Of a stretch of DNA of 64,000 bases, positions 1 to 12,008 are shown in pieces (within the stretch, counting starts at the first letter, position 1; every line of letters starts with the position of its first letter). Position numbers and translations under genes: made by a program. The DNA lies in assembly GCA_051047955.1 (NCBI GenBank), contig JBPGPT010000003.1:558001-622000 (forward strand), read 5' to 3'. A model generated the notes under the pieces. That model ran no database searches, was not told the origin of the DNA, and worked only from the letters and a program-made list of their open reading frames with translations. This stretch comes from Cystobasidiomycetes sp. EMM_F5 (taxonomy: Eukaryota).

Positions 1-1861
1 CATCAACGCTTTCGTTGTCCTCCGACTTGCCTCGTCTAGATCCACCTCGAGCACTCCTCGAGCCTGCATGGCTGCGTAACTGACCGACCTCGTCGAGTTC
101 CTCGTCAGAATCGTCCTGCGTTACTCGATAGCTTGTGGTCCGCGTGTCAGAGCTTGGCAGGAAGAGCGTAGCTTCTGGTGCGGTACGCTTTTTATGCGCG
201 TCGAGCGAGTATTGAGTAGCGCTCGGCAAAGCTAGAGGAGGCGTTGCAAGATCGCCATAGGAACCAGCCGCGGAACCCGTTTGAAGTGCTGCGAAGCGCT
301 GTTGCCGCTCTTCAGCAGTCTCACGTCGCGGTGCGGTAGCCGCTGCCGACGTAGTCCCAGGTGCAGGTGCAGACGAGACCCGCTTGCGGGAGGCTCCATT
401 GACTAGCAGACCCGCATCTTCACCAAATTGCGTTGCTCTTGGAGTAGTATTTGCGGATGACACTTGCACTTGCGGTGCCGTAGCCATTGGCTGCAGAGTC
501 CGAGCAGAAGTATCGCCTGGCGAGGTAGTAGAACCATTCTGCTGGGTCGGGAAGGGCATCTGAGAGGCGGTTGGCTGAGAAGCACGCTCCGCTGCAGCTG
601 CCTTCTCAGCCCTCTCACGAGCCTTCTGCTCTGCAATTTCCGCGGGTTTCAGCGGCTTATTGACGTGCACCTGAAACCGCTTGGCGTCGAGCCCGTCAAC
701 ACCGCCTTCGTCAGACGAGCCACCTCGTTCTTCCTCGTTCTCTTCTTGAATAGGTGCAGTTGCACCGAGCATGCGCGATTCGTGCGTTCTCGATCCCTCG
801 TCTTCATAGCCGTATTCGCTGTAATCATCCGGGTAACCTGCGGCTTTGCGAGCCATCTGCGAGGCCGAATGCGAAGGTGCTATGACTGAGCCTTCTGGTG
901 ACTGGAAGATGACCGATCCGTCCATGGTTCGGCTGTCTCGAAAGCGAGTGGATGGCGTTGTTGGCGCAAGCGATTGCGGTGCCTGTGAAGGAACCGGTGC
1001 AGGCTGGAATTGTTGTTGCTGCTGATTCCCAAGGCGCAAGTCGGCTGTAATAGACGAAGACTTCGTCAAACTAGGGTAAGAAGGAATCGCACTTCGATAA
1101 CACATACTCATGCTCCCGCCGTCAATACCAGGCTCAAGACTATCGAGGATCTGCATGCTCTTGTCTGCAGTCGAACGCCATACATCCGCGAGCTGCGCCA
1201 TTGCTCGCATTCTCATTCGTAGAGCTTCTCTGAAAATACGACGCTTGACGCCGACAAGAGCCCGTTCTTCACTCTTGAGGGTAGACTCGCATGCTGCTAA
1301 TTCTGCTCTTGCCTCTTCAAGTTTGGCATTGTGTGACTCCAAGGCAGACTCGGAGTTTGGTGTTCTCTTGCTGTTTAGCTTTACGAGCTGAAGGCAGGAG
1401 GAAGGCGACGTTGGCTAAAGTTGCTTGCTTGTCCAGACTAGTCTGCAATAACTCACCCGGCTAACAAAGATATCACGATCTCGCAAGATGATACGAATCT
1501 CCTGCTCGCGTGCGGCAACGTCTTTGAGGGAAGCGCGGTAGTTTTGCAGGCTTATGAGGTATGTCTTTTGGGCATCCGCTGCGTCATCGAACAGCTCGCA
1601 GACTCTGTTTGAGACGGTCAGGACATCGGCTGTTGCAGGGTAATCCAAGTCAGGAGAAGTCGTTGGTATACTCGGTATTGAGCCAATTCGCTCACGAGAG
1701 TCTCCAGTGTCTGCCGCCGCCCATCCATTCAGAGCATTCGTCGCATTCTCGCAGGATGCTGTATACGTCTTGAACGAGTCGTGGGCTTCCTTCTCCGCTT
1801 TGACGAGGTTGACCAGTAGCCGACTATCGTACGGCGCGCTCCCTCCCCTGCCTAGCACCAT
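1..1861 (-). CDS. Multi-exon protein with N-terminal helical, BAR/eisosome (Pil1/Lsp1)-like region and low-complexity C-terminal part; truncated by the window edge
   Basis: ATG at 1861 (MVLGRGGSAPYDSRLLVNLVKAEKEAH). GT-AG intron ~1388-1457 splices in frame to LVKLNSKR...KLEEARAELAACESTLKSEERALVGVKRRIFREAL (coiled-coil). Family call is from pattern recognition only. Confidence 0.55.
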
Positions 1862-2189
1862 GACGGTCTACGCTTTCTGCTGGAAATGCAGCGGGATGGC
1901 TGAACGAGCTCTGAGGTTGCTGCAGAGTGTCAAGCTTGCGCAGTCTGAGCAGGTGAAGGCAATCAGGTCGACGAACGTGAGAGCTGCAATCTCGAGTAAT
2001 AATGCCAACGCAAAGAGCAAGCCCTGCACTGCTCCCGACTCTTTCAATATCCCGCCCCCGGTCATGGGTGATCGGCCTTCTCGCCACCGGATAGACAGGT
2101 CCCGCGTGCATGGTTTCTGCAAGGCTGTAGACAACGGGCGTACCCAACGATGATACATCCTGGTTCGACAAAGCGACTGTTACGTCTAT

Positions 2190-3412
2190 CTACAACTTGC
2201 TGGCTCGCCGCTTTTCGTTCGCTGAGATGGGCAGAACCAAGGCCATCTGTCGCGCTACGCACAGACAATGTTGTTGCTTCCTCCAGTCCTTGTCTACTTT
2301 TGCTTTCGACTCTCCGAACTCGCTGGGAGCAGTCCAAACCTCCACCGTCGCATCGTGTCTCCCATCTTGCATGTATGTCCCTTGGTGCCATAATCCGACA
2401 GTGCGTTGAGCATGAGCTTTGTCTATCTTGACCTTGAAGTCGACGGTGTAGACCATGGTCCTGCGCAACAGAGATCACAATCCTTGAGCGACAAAGTGAA
2501 GCAAGCAGTGGTAAACTCACGGGTACCAGCTCGGCCCAGGTCGCTGCTCCCGTGGCAAGAGCTCAGGGAGATTAACAAACATGTCGCCCCAGAACGGGCT
2601 GGCCTTATCGTCAGCACGTGCACTCTGCTTTTCTGAAATTTCACTCACAGCGTGCTTGTCGTAATCGCATCTCCATTCTCCGTCACCTGTGCCCAGGCTG
2701 ACCATTCAAGGCCGCCTTCCCCGCTTTTTGCCTTGCCCTTGTTGCGTTTGCGAGTGTCCTTCTCGTTGCCAGACCACGCTATACTATCCCTGAATGTGAA
2801 TTTGCGGATCATTTTCCGTGCAATAGCCCGGGATGGATGTGTCTTGAGCGGTATTAGGCGCGCATAGGGTGAAGGCTGCGTCAAAGTCTGACTAGTCGGA
2901 GTTGGTAGTTGCGGAGAAGGAGCGCTGGGGAGTGTAGTAAACACCATGTGTGCTGTTATCCGAACAGTATCGTCTTGCACAAGTTCACCGATGAGATTCG
3001 TGAAGCCCTTCCCGACGCGCTCCCGCCTAATGCGAACAGTGTACGCTTTGCATAGGGCGCTACGGTAGAAGTGCGCAGTACAGTGACAAACATCTGGATG
3101 CAGAGTCCTTGCTTGTGCCTGCAGTGCAGCATCGACAATCAACCCAAGCGCGTAGCCTAGCATAAAAACGATCAATACATTACGACTGGAAGCTTTTCTG
3201 GAAGACCCACCGCCTTGCGGGATGCTGTGTTTCATGCCCGTCGTATTCTTTCAGCTTTGTTCTTGTCTGCTCCGGAACACCGGCAACTACGAGGATAGAC
3301 TCGAAACCCACGCTGCCACAGTCCACAATGGATCCACTTCGCCCTCGTAGACTTCATAGCCATCGTCGGTGCATTTGTATGTAGTCTTGACTGCTTCACA
3401 TAGCGGTGCCAT
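2190..3412 (-). CDS. Thioesterase-like (double hot-dog, TesB/4HBT-type) protein with peroxisomal PTS1
   Basis: Spliced N-terminus YEGEVDPLWTVA-AIPQG-GYALGLIV...HPDVCHCTAHFY is typical of the family. Last exon ...CVARQMALVLPISANEKRRASKL-stop ends in SKL. Confidence 0.85.
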
Positions 3413-3894
3413 ATTTGTTGTGAACGATACCTTGCTCTCCCACGCACATGATCGATAGCGACATGATGCCCCTTCCTTATCCTTGCACATCAAGTTTGCC
3501 CGCACAACACCCTCGACTATCACAGAGGACCAGCAAGTTCTGGCTTACAATCATCAAGAATTGTCTAAATGAGCACCATTGGTGAGAAAACAGGAGATCT
3601 TCTATTTATGCAGCTGGCCTTCGAAGACATACTGGCACCAAGCGTCCTATTGCAGACCTAGCTGCTGTCGCTACATGGGCATGCACACCTTATGCACACT
3701 GCTAGTAGCTGTTTACTGGCTTGTGACCGACACAACCCTAGAGGTTACACGTGTAGTTTGAGGTGCCGATAGTATACGCGGCTTCCTATCTGCTTACTCA
3801 CCCCCAAGACTACGACTCACATAGCTATTATGCGGTCACTTCTTGGTCCTCTACGTTTCTCTCTCACCATTCATACGCGTATATCCTATCTAGC

Positions 3895-5164
3895 ATGGCC
3901 GCCGCAATAGTAAATTCAGCTCTTGTTGATTGCCTGATCATAGGCGGAGGTCCAGCAGGACTCAGCACGGCACTCACGCTTGGCCGCCTACACCGCTCCT
4001 GTATCATCTTCGATGACGGGGTCTACCGCAATCAAAAGGCGCACCGGGCTCACGGTGTTCTGACTCGCGACCATGTCCCACCATCCGAAATCCGCAAGCT
4101 AGGAAGGGAGGACATCAAGCGATACGATAACACCAAATTCGTTGAAGCTCGCGTAGAGCACGTCAAAAGGCCCGACGTTACTGGCGGCACTTTCACCATC
4201 ACGGACGACAAAGGTAATAAGTACAAGGGCAGGACAGTAGTGCTGGCGACCGGAGCAGCGGATCAGCTTCCTGACATACCTGGCTACGCGGAGAACTGGG
4301 GAAGCAGCATCTACCAGGTAAGCCGCGTTCCTTGAAATCGTCGATGCTACTCACGGTCTGACGATTGTATGCAGTGTCCTATTTGCGATGGTCACGAGCG
4401 AGCTCATCAGCCAGCTGGCGTCTTGGCGTATCCTTCTGTCACTCCCCTGGTATTCAAAATGTCAACCATGCTACACAACCTCTCCAAGCCACCTGGCAGT
4501 GGGACCGAGGAACTCGATCCGAAAGCTGAACCCGATAGCAAGATTACATTATTCACCAATGGTCCAGTGGATGAATCGGACGAGCAGATGGCCAAAGGCT
4601 TGGAGACGTGTAGAGCACACGGGATGTAGGTTGTCCCGCAAATGCCCGTCAAAATTCTTTTAGCTGACACATTCTCAAACATAAAGCACGATCAATCAGC
4701 AGCCAGTCGTCCGATTTGCTCAAGTCGGTAACGGCGAGGGTGTTACTGTGCACCTTAGAGACGGCACTTCGGTGCAACTGGGTTACATATTCCACAAACC
4801 GTCTTTGGCTCTGACAATACCGAACATTATACGAGACTTGGGGCTCAAGACTGCCGAGGCACCGTTCGGTACAATCATAGTCTCGTCTCCGCCTTTTACT
4901 GCCATCGCAGAAGTTTCAGGCGTATATGTGGCTGGGGATAATTCAGTCATGATGGCGTCTGTTACGTCTGCCTTGCTGTCGGGAAATATAGCAGGGGCAG
5001 GGGTAGCACATTACTGCAACGAACTGGACGACCAGAAAGCTCTAGCGAGATGGAAGGGTAGAGCAGCTTCGAGTCAGGATACCGTGGACCTTGATCCCAA
5101 GTTACCGGACGACACTGGCTGTATCACAGCAGTGCAAGCGCCGGCAGTCGCAGCGCAGGCATGA
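3895..5164 (+). CDS. FAD-dependent thioredoxin-reductase-like (GliT/TrxB class II) oxidoreductase
   Basis: IIGGGPAGLS FAD motif, VVLATG, CPICDGHE redox CxxC right after the intron at 4318, VYVAGD second FAD motif; 2 introns. Confidence 0.9.
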
Positions 5165-5460
5165 GAATGCTTGCAAATACCCGGTATGTTTGCGATAGCT
5201 ATACGTGTCTTTGAAGCCATACTTGTATGGTAGCACTGTCGAATACAGCTTGAACCAAATCTTAACGCGTCCATCCGTGTCTGCATACATATTCTCAGCC
5301 ACTTGCGTCTGATAGATCGTCTCGAGCCGTGCGTTTGGCCGTTATTCGCCCTTGCTTCGCCCGCTCATGATCGAGAGGTCGCATGGCCTGTTTCATGCTT
5401 GATATTGTGCATACTCGACTTTCGAGCATCTGCCGCAGCTGTATTTGATCTCGAACAGCC

Positions 5461-8400
5461 ATGTCTCGCCTGTTCAGCAAGATTCATGGCAAGGCGCACG
5501 ACATCAAGCAACGCATCCATGACGAAATCGACGAACTTCAGGGCGATATGTCCCGACTTGGAACGGCCGTCAAAGTGGGCACAATGTGTTCTTGCTCATG
5601 AGCAGATGTCTCAGCTGATCTTGCATGATACTAGACTACGTGGAACCCAAAGTATGTCCGAGTGCGAGAGCATATACCGGGCGCTGAAGCTGATGTACAA
5701 TCTACCTGAAACCCGCTAATCCCGCAGTCACCGCCATGATGAGGAGCATGAGCAAGAGGCAGATCGTTTACGACAGCAATTTATCGATGGTCATCGCTTC
5801 CAATCGTTTGCTACGCCCCGAGACGGAAACGACACCAAGTTCTATTTGGACGGCCACGGCAAGTCGCGTTCTGCACGCACAGCCTACTGTGCCATGGTGT
5901 TAGATATGAGGCTAAATCGCACGTCTGAGTGTAGACTACTTCTACGCGCTATCCGAGATCCTCGAGTCCGCGAGGGAAACCATCTGGATCTTGTATGTCT
6001 AACGATCGATGCCTACATGTCACCCAAGGTTACATTCAGCTGAGAGCACTATTCTCGCATTCAGAGACTGGTGGTTGAGTCCCGAGCTGTACTTGCGCAG
6101 GCCGCCTGCTGAAAACGAAGAATGGAGATTAGATCGCATACTCAAACGCAAGGCGGAGCAGGGTGTGAAGGTGTTCGTTATTGTATACAAGGAAGTGAAC
6201 GCGACGATGACTATGAACAGCAAATACACAAGTATGTGACTACTTTCCAGGTACGGCCAGAAGTATTTGGGCTAAATTCTACTCATGGTGTAGAGCATGC
6301 TCTTGAAGAGCTGCATCGCAACATAGCTTGTATCCGTCATCCTGATCACAGTGGTGGAGAGATAGTGATGTAAGGCCAGTCATTGCTTCGGCAGCTTGCC
6401 TTCTGCCTAACAATCTCGACTTCGCAGGTATTGGAGTCATCACGAGAAGGTGGTAGTAGTAGATTCTGCCATTGCTTGTATCGGCGGCCTAGACATCTGC
6501 TATGGTCGTTGGGATACCCACAATTTTCCCCTAGCTGATGTCTACCCCGAAAACCTGCGATCGATGCTCTTTGTCGGCCAGGACTATAACGATGCAAGAG
6601 TGGCAGACTTTGAAAACGTACAGGCATGGGCTGGAAATCAAGTAAAGCCTAAGGAAATTATCCCTGAATCGGGTCTTGACTGAGATCCTTACCTTTCAGC
6701 AAGCAAGGACAGAGCTTCCTCGTATGCCTTGGCACGATCTACATACTATGCTTGTGAGCAGTTATACTCTGCCGGAAGAGCGCATGTCCGCTGAACCGAG
6801 CATTCCAGGTCGGTCCCGCCGTCATAGATATTGCGCAGCATTTCATCGAGCGCTGGAATTTCACGGTCGAACTCAAGTATAGGCATCAAAGCCGGTATCC
6901 CCTCCTTGATTGGCCCGTTGATGACCCGCTCGAAGAAAGGTGGGATGTATGCAGAGAGCAAGTCGATTGTTACTGACCAGCCAGCAGGCTCGCTCAACAC
7001 CCGCACACTTCGCATCTCCGGCAATTTGGACATCGCTATCGCCCTCATATGGTTCACTTTGAGAATCGCGAAAGAGGCAACATGCGCGTGCAAGTTGTCC
7101 GGTCGGTAGGCGACTGGAGCATTGGATTCAATACAGAGCATTCGATACAGAATGTGCGTACTTAGCAGAGATCCGCGCTCCATCAAGCGACTGAACCGTA
7201 CGATCATGGCTCAGGCCTATATCCAGATGATTCGTGAAGCAAATCACTTCATCTACATCGAAAACCAGGTACGCCGGGAGGTATTACAAGTCAAAATGTG
7301 GAGTCTGACTGTGCGGCTTGCAGTTCTTCGTGTCATGGCCATCCCAGAAGTCGCCTGTCAAGAATGGTATTGCTGCAGCCCTTGTGCAGCGTATACTGCA
7401 AGCCGCTAAGGAAGGGCGGAAATTCAAAGTGATGATCGTTATACCGGAAGTGCCGTGCTTTGCTGGAGATCTTAAAGCCAGCAAAGGTACTCTGTGTATT
7501 ATGGACGCTCAAGTAAGCTTATGACATCCAAGTATGCACAATTTGGGAGAGCACTCATTTGAGTAACTCGCAGTACCGCTCGCTGTGTAGGGGTAGAGAC
7601 AGTATATTCGGCATGATCGCGCAAGCAGGCTACAATCCGTCCGATTATGTGACACTCTTTCATCTGAGACAGTACGATAGGAGTAGGTTCATCTAAGTAT
7701 CAAGCAGTGGCGCTATGAACAAGCACACCTAACGAGACGCCTTCTGTAGTCAAGTACGACCCGCAGATCATGCAAGAAATGGAGCGACTATCTGGCGTGT
7801 CCTGGGGCGAAGTGCAGGCTGCGATGGCTCGCGTCAATGTTGGCGACAATGACGTTCCCGAGCTCGAGAAGGAGGTCAGCACGCTGAGGAGTATTAAGCG
7901 GAAGTGTTGCTGAAAGTCGCGTATATGCAGAACAACGAAACTATTCGCTTCAGGGCTATGAAGTATGGCGACGCTGTCAATGATGCTACTACTGTAAAGG
8001 ACAAGAAGGGCCAAGAAGACATACAAACAATCAGCCTTCCCACTACCGTGCAAGACGCGTTAATGATGATTGAGCGATTCGAGAAGAGTGCTCCCGGTGA
8101 ATACCACAATGTCGCTGGAAGTATCGCCAGAAACACTCTACAATCGGGTCGCTCCGTGCTCGATGAGCCTTGGTTCGGATCCGAGCAGGCTGAGAAGGAT
8201 GCCTTCGTATCGGAAGAGCTATATATTCACTCGAAATGCATGATTGTGGATGATCGGTAAGTTGCTGCTGGACTCTACGTTGACGTGATCTGAAGCCTGG
8301 AATGTCCGCCTTTTCAGTCGATGCATTATCGGTTCAGCAAATCTGAACGAAAGATCACAAACGGGCGATCGCGACTCTGAGATCGCGATAGTGATTGAAG

Positions 8401-9058
8401 ATCAAGAGATGATCTCTTCGTGAGTAGTGAAACGAGAGCGGTCTACCTAGGCAAACGGCTGAGCAGCATGCAACAGATCCATGGACAATCAGCCGTATAT
8501 GGCATCGAGATTTGCTGCGACATTCCGACGTCAAATATTCCGCCAGCATCTTGGTCACATCCCGCCGCAAGATTGCGATCGCACCGGCCAGCCTGATAGC
8601 GCTATGCGACCGGTCGGCGTTCCTGTGGGTCCGAACGAATACGATTTTGGCAGTGAAGAGGATCACTTGGTAGCCGATCCACTCAGCGACAGTTTCCAGC
8701 GTTACTGGAATGAATGCGCAGCGACAAACTCTGCGGTATACGCAGAGCTCTGGCATCCAGTTCCTGCGCAAGGTATCAAGAATTGGGAGCAGTATAGAAC
8801 ATGGGTTACATCGAAGAAGGTTGGGCATATCGTCAACCAAGATCAATTTGAGCTGCGTTATATAAAGGAACAGCTCGCTCGGATCAGGGGCCACCTTGTC
8901 GCGATGCCAACAGACTTCTTGGAGGATGCCGGTCTATTGGAATTGACCGCTGAAGTCAATCCTCTCACATTGCCCAGTACGTGTTTCGTCACTGCTCAAA
9001 GGTTGTCACAAGCTGACAGCCGCTGCAATGGCTCGTATTGTGAACAGTCTACATGTGA
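5461..9058 (+). CDS. Phospholipase D (two HKD motifs; short fungal type with no evident PX/PH domain)
   Basis: [81 protein letters not shown] at 5461; last exon I-Y-M-TGA at 9058; many short introns. Confidence 0.93.
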
Positions 9059-9614
9059 ATATTGTGCAGAACATGGTCAGACTCGGTGCCAGCAGACTTA
9101 GCGCGTCCTATAGTAGCAATCACAGCTGACTTGGAAGTGATGATAAAGCCCATTTTCTGATGCATCGATGCAGCTGCAGTTGGTGTTGCATGTTGACACC
9201 GAGGTGCCAAACGCGCGTACGGGAATTTGCGGAAACTATTGGAACGCGTTGACGGCTGACCGGCTATGACTGCTAAGAGGGTGCACGCGGCTCTCACTCT
9301 GATCTGTCGCGCGAATGTCACCGCAATGTTCGGGGATGGGTGTTCGCGACGCGGGAAGCGAATGATCGACTGATCTGGGCCTCCATTCCGGCCTTGGCAA
9401 AATTGAATTCTGGGGTAGCCGGTAACCCCATAACCGGGGTAGCAGAAAAGCTCAGGCTTCCAAGGCAGATCCAGAGTTGGCTCAAGGCGGCTTTTGCTTT
9501 TGAATCTTCAGTTCCTCTATTGTTCTTGGTATCCATACTCTTCCCTTCAGACGTTTCTGGTTTCTTTGGAGTTTTTGGTCTTTCCCGCAGATCGCCCACA
9601 GCCCACCCGACAGG

Positions 9615-11744
9615 ATGCAGCTCAATCAAGATGACAAGTACGACGACAACCAGCTCGAGAACGCAAGCGCGAGCCACCGTAACAGTGCACAGCACAGCCA
9701 TCGCGGTCATGATGGAACGGTCGTGAATGAAAAGGCTATAGAGGCCGAAGCGACTCTCGACGCCCTTGCTCACTCACACGATGCTAAATGGGAGAAGCGG
9801 ACTATTCGAAAAATCGATATTCGACTTCTTATCATCCTGGGATTATGCTACGCCGTGTCACTCATGTGAGTTCGCCAAGTATCTCATATCTGAAAAGGGC
9901 GTGCTAACATGCTTTTCCAGCGACCGAACGAACATTTCAGTAGCTCGTGTAGCTGGTATGCAAGTGGCGCTTCGCTTGGACATTGGCGAGCGATACTCGA
10001 TTATGTCACTCGTCTTCTTCGTACCGTGAGTTCGTATTGCTCAAGCGATCTTCGGGGCGCGATACGGCCTGCCTCGGGCTTCATCGATGCCTTTCTCACT
10101 TCGATACTGATTGTGTAACTATCGCCTGGATCCCTCTATTTCGATTCGCTGTTGCCAACCACAGGTACATCCTTTTCGAACTGCCTTCCAATATTCTGTT
10201 GCGGAAATTCGGTGCTCGTCACTGGCTTGCGTTCATCGTCTTGGGTTTCGGTGCGGTGATGACTGGAATGGCATTCGTGAGTGTTTCACGCGGAACAGTC
10301 GTATTATCTTGCGTATTAACGCTCAGGCTTGGCAATCTAGGTCAAAACATGGGAGCAGCTGACCGCGTGCCGTGTCATTTTGGGTTTACTCGAGGCTGGA
10401 TTCTTCCCAGCAGTGTGTACACATGATCACCCCACCGACGAAGCAGAGCCTGATTTTTGCGCAGTGTACTTTCCTGATTACGACGTGGTACACTCGTTAC
10501 GAAACGCAAAGTCGTATCGCGGTTTTCTACCTCACAAGTATGGTCATCAGCGGATTCAGCAACATCATTGGATACGGTATGAGCACTCTTGCTGGTACAG
10601 GCGGTCTTGCAGGCTGGCAATGGATTTTCGTAAGTAATGCTTCCAGAGCGTCCAACTTGTTACACTCAGGCAACGACTTAAAACTTACTATCGTGATGGT
10701 TGTAGCTTCTTTTTGGTGTTATTACTATGGCTCTCGCTATTGCAGCATGGTTCTTGATAGTCGACTTCCCCGACAAGGCTACATTCCTCGATGCCGACCA
10801 AACTGCATGGGTTATCGCTAGAGTCAACAAGGATCGAGGTGATGCCGTTGCCGACAGATTGACGTTCCAAACTTTCCGCCGTGATATCTCCGACTGGAAG
10901 ATCTGGGCGTTCGGACTCTGCTTTATGTGCGCAACAACCGGAAGTTATGCATTCGCCTACTTCTTGCGTATGTCCATCGTATTTACTACTAGGTGACACT
11001 CGCTGACCATCAATTGCCTGCCTCCAGCCGTCATTCTCGCCGGACAAGGTTACTCCACTCAGCTGTCGCTGATCCTGTCGGCTCCGCCCTACGTTTTTGC
11101 AGCGATCTATGTAAGAAAAGTCAGATACGTGCGCCGTTGCGATAATCTAATAATATTTCGCTCATTCAGACTTTCATCGTCTCGGTTACCGCCGATAAAA
11201 CGCACAAACGCGCCCCATTCATCGCCTTGTCGGCTTTGGTATGCACAACTGGGCTGCTTATAACAGCATACGCTGGCAATAGCGGAGCTCGATACTTTGG
11301 ATCGTTCTTGACGATCGCAGGGTGCCAAAGCAACGTTCCAGCGGTCATTGCATACGCGCAAAACAATGTCTGCCGACACTCCAAGCGCTCCGTAACGTCT
11401 GCGCTAGTCATCGGTTTCGGAGGTATTGGTGGAATAATTGCAAGCAGTACGCGAAATCATTGCAAGTGCGACCTCGATGAGTCTCACCCAATTCCCATTT
11501 GCAGCTGTATACAGACAAGCCGACTACCCACGCTACATTCCCGGTCTATGTGAGTTCACATTGCGTTCCTTTGAGTCCAATATCCTGACAATCTCTACTT
11601 CTTTTAGGGGCAACTATCGGCTTACAATTTTTGACGCTGATTCTGCTCGCATTGCTCACCCTCAGCTTCAAGAGACTCAACAAAGGCGTAGAAGAGGGCA
11701 CTCAAATTAACGAGGGAACACCGGGCTTCAAGTACACGATTTAA
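9615..11744 (+). CDS. MFS transporter, allantoate/nicotinate (Dal5/Tna1, ACS) family
   Basis: IRKIDIRLL, DRTNIS, FELPSNILLRKFG, EAGFFP, GLAGWQWIF, DFPDKATFL, YRQADYPRY, C-terminal GFKYTI-stop. Confidence 0.9.
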
Positions 11745-12008
11745 TGAGCGCATCGAAATTCGCAAGATGCGTGTATCAATACGATGCGCGACATTGTGTA
11801 AATTTCTGCAAAGTGCAGCAGACAAGTACATCGGGGTACAATTGGGCGACGTTGTATATGTAGGATGATCGGCATAAGAAGGGCATTGAAACGCAATAAC
11901 GCAAGAAAGTGCACGGCTTGAGAGACAAATGAAATGCATTGCATATTACAACGACATGCCCAATGAACTCATGCATCAACTGACCAAAATATGACAAACA
12001 AAGCGTCA

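Noticed and set aside
9409..9443. Repeated GGGGTAGC / SYGGRG (CreA/Mig1-like) sites upstream of the MFS gene
   Set aside because: Short GC-rich motifs are not distinguishable from chance without conservation data.
10026..10164. TPP riboswitch in a transporter intron
   Set aside because: The CTGAGA and GATAAT..CAGCG core elements are absent.
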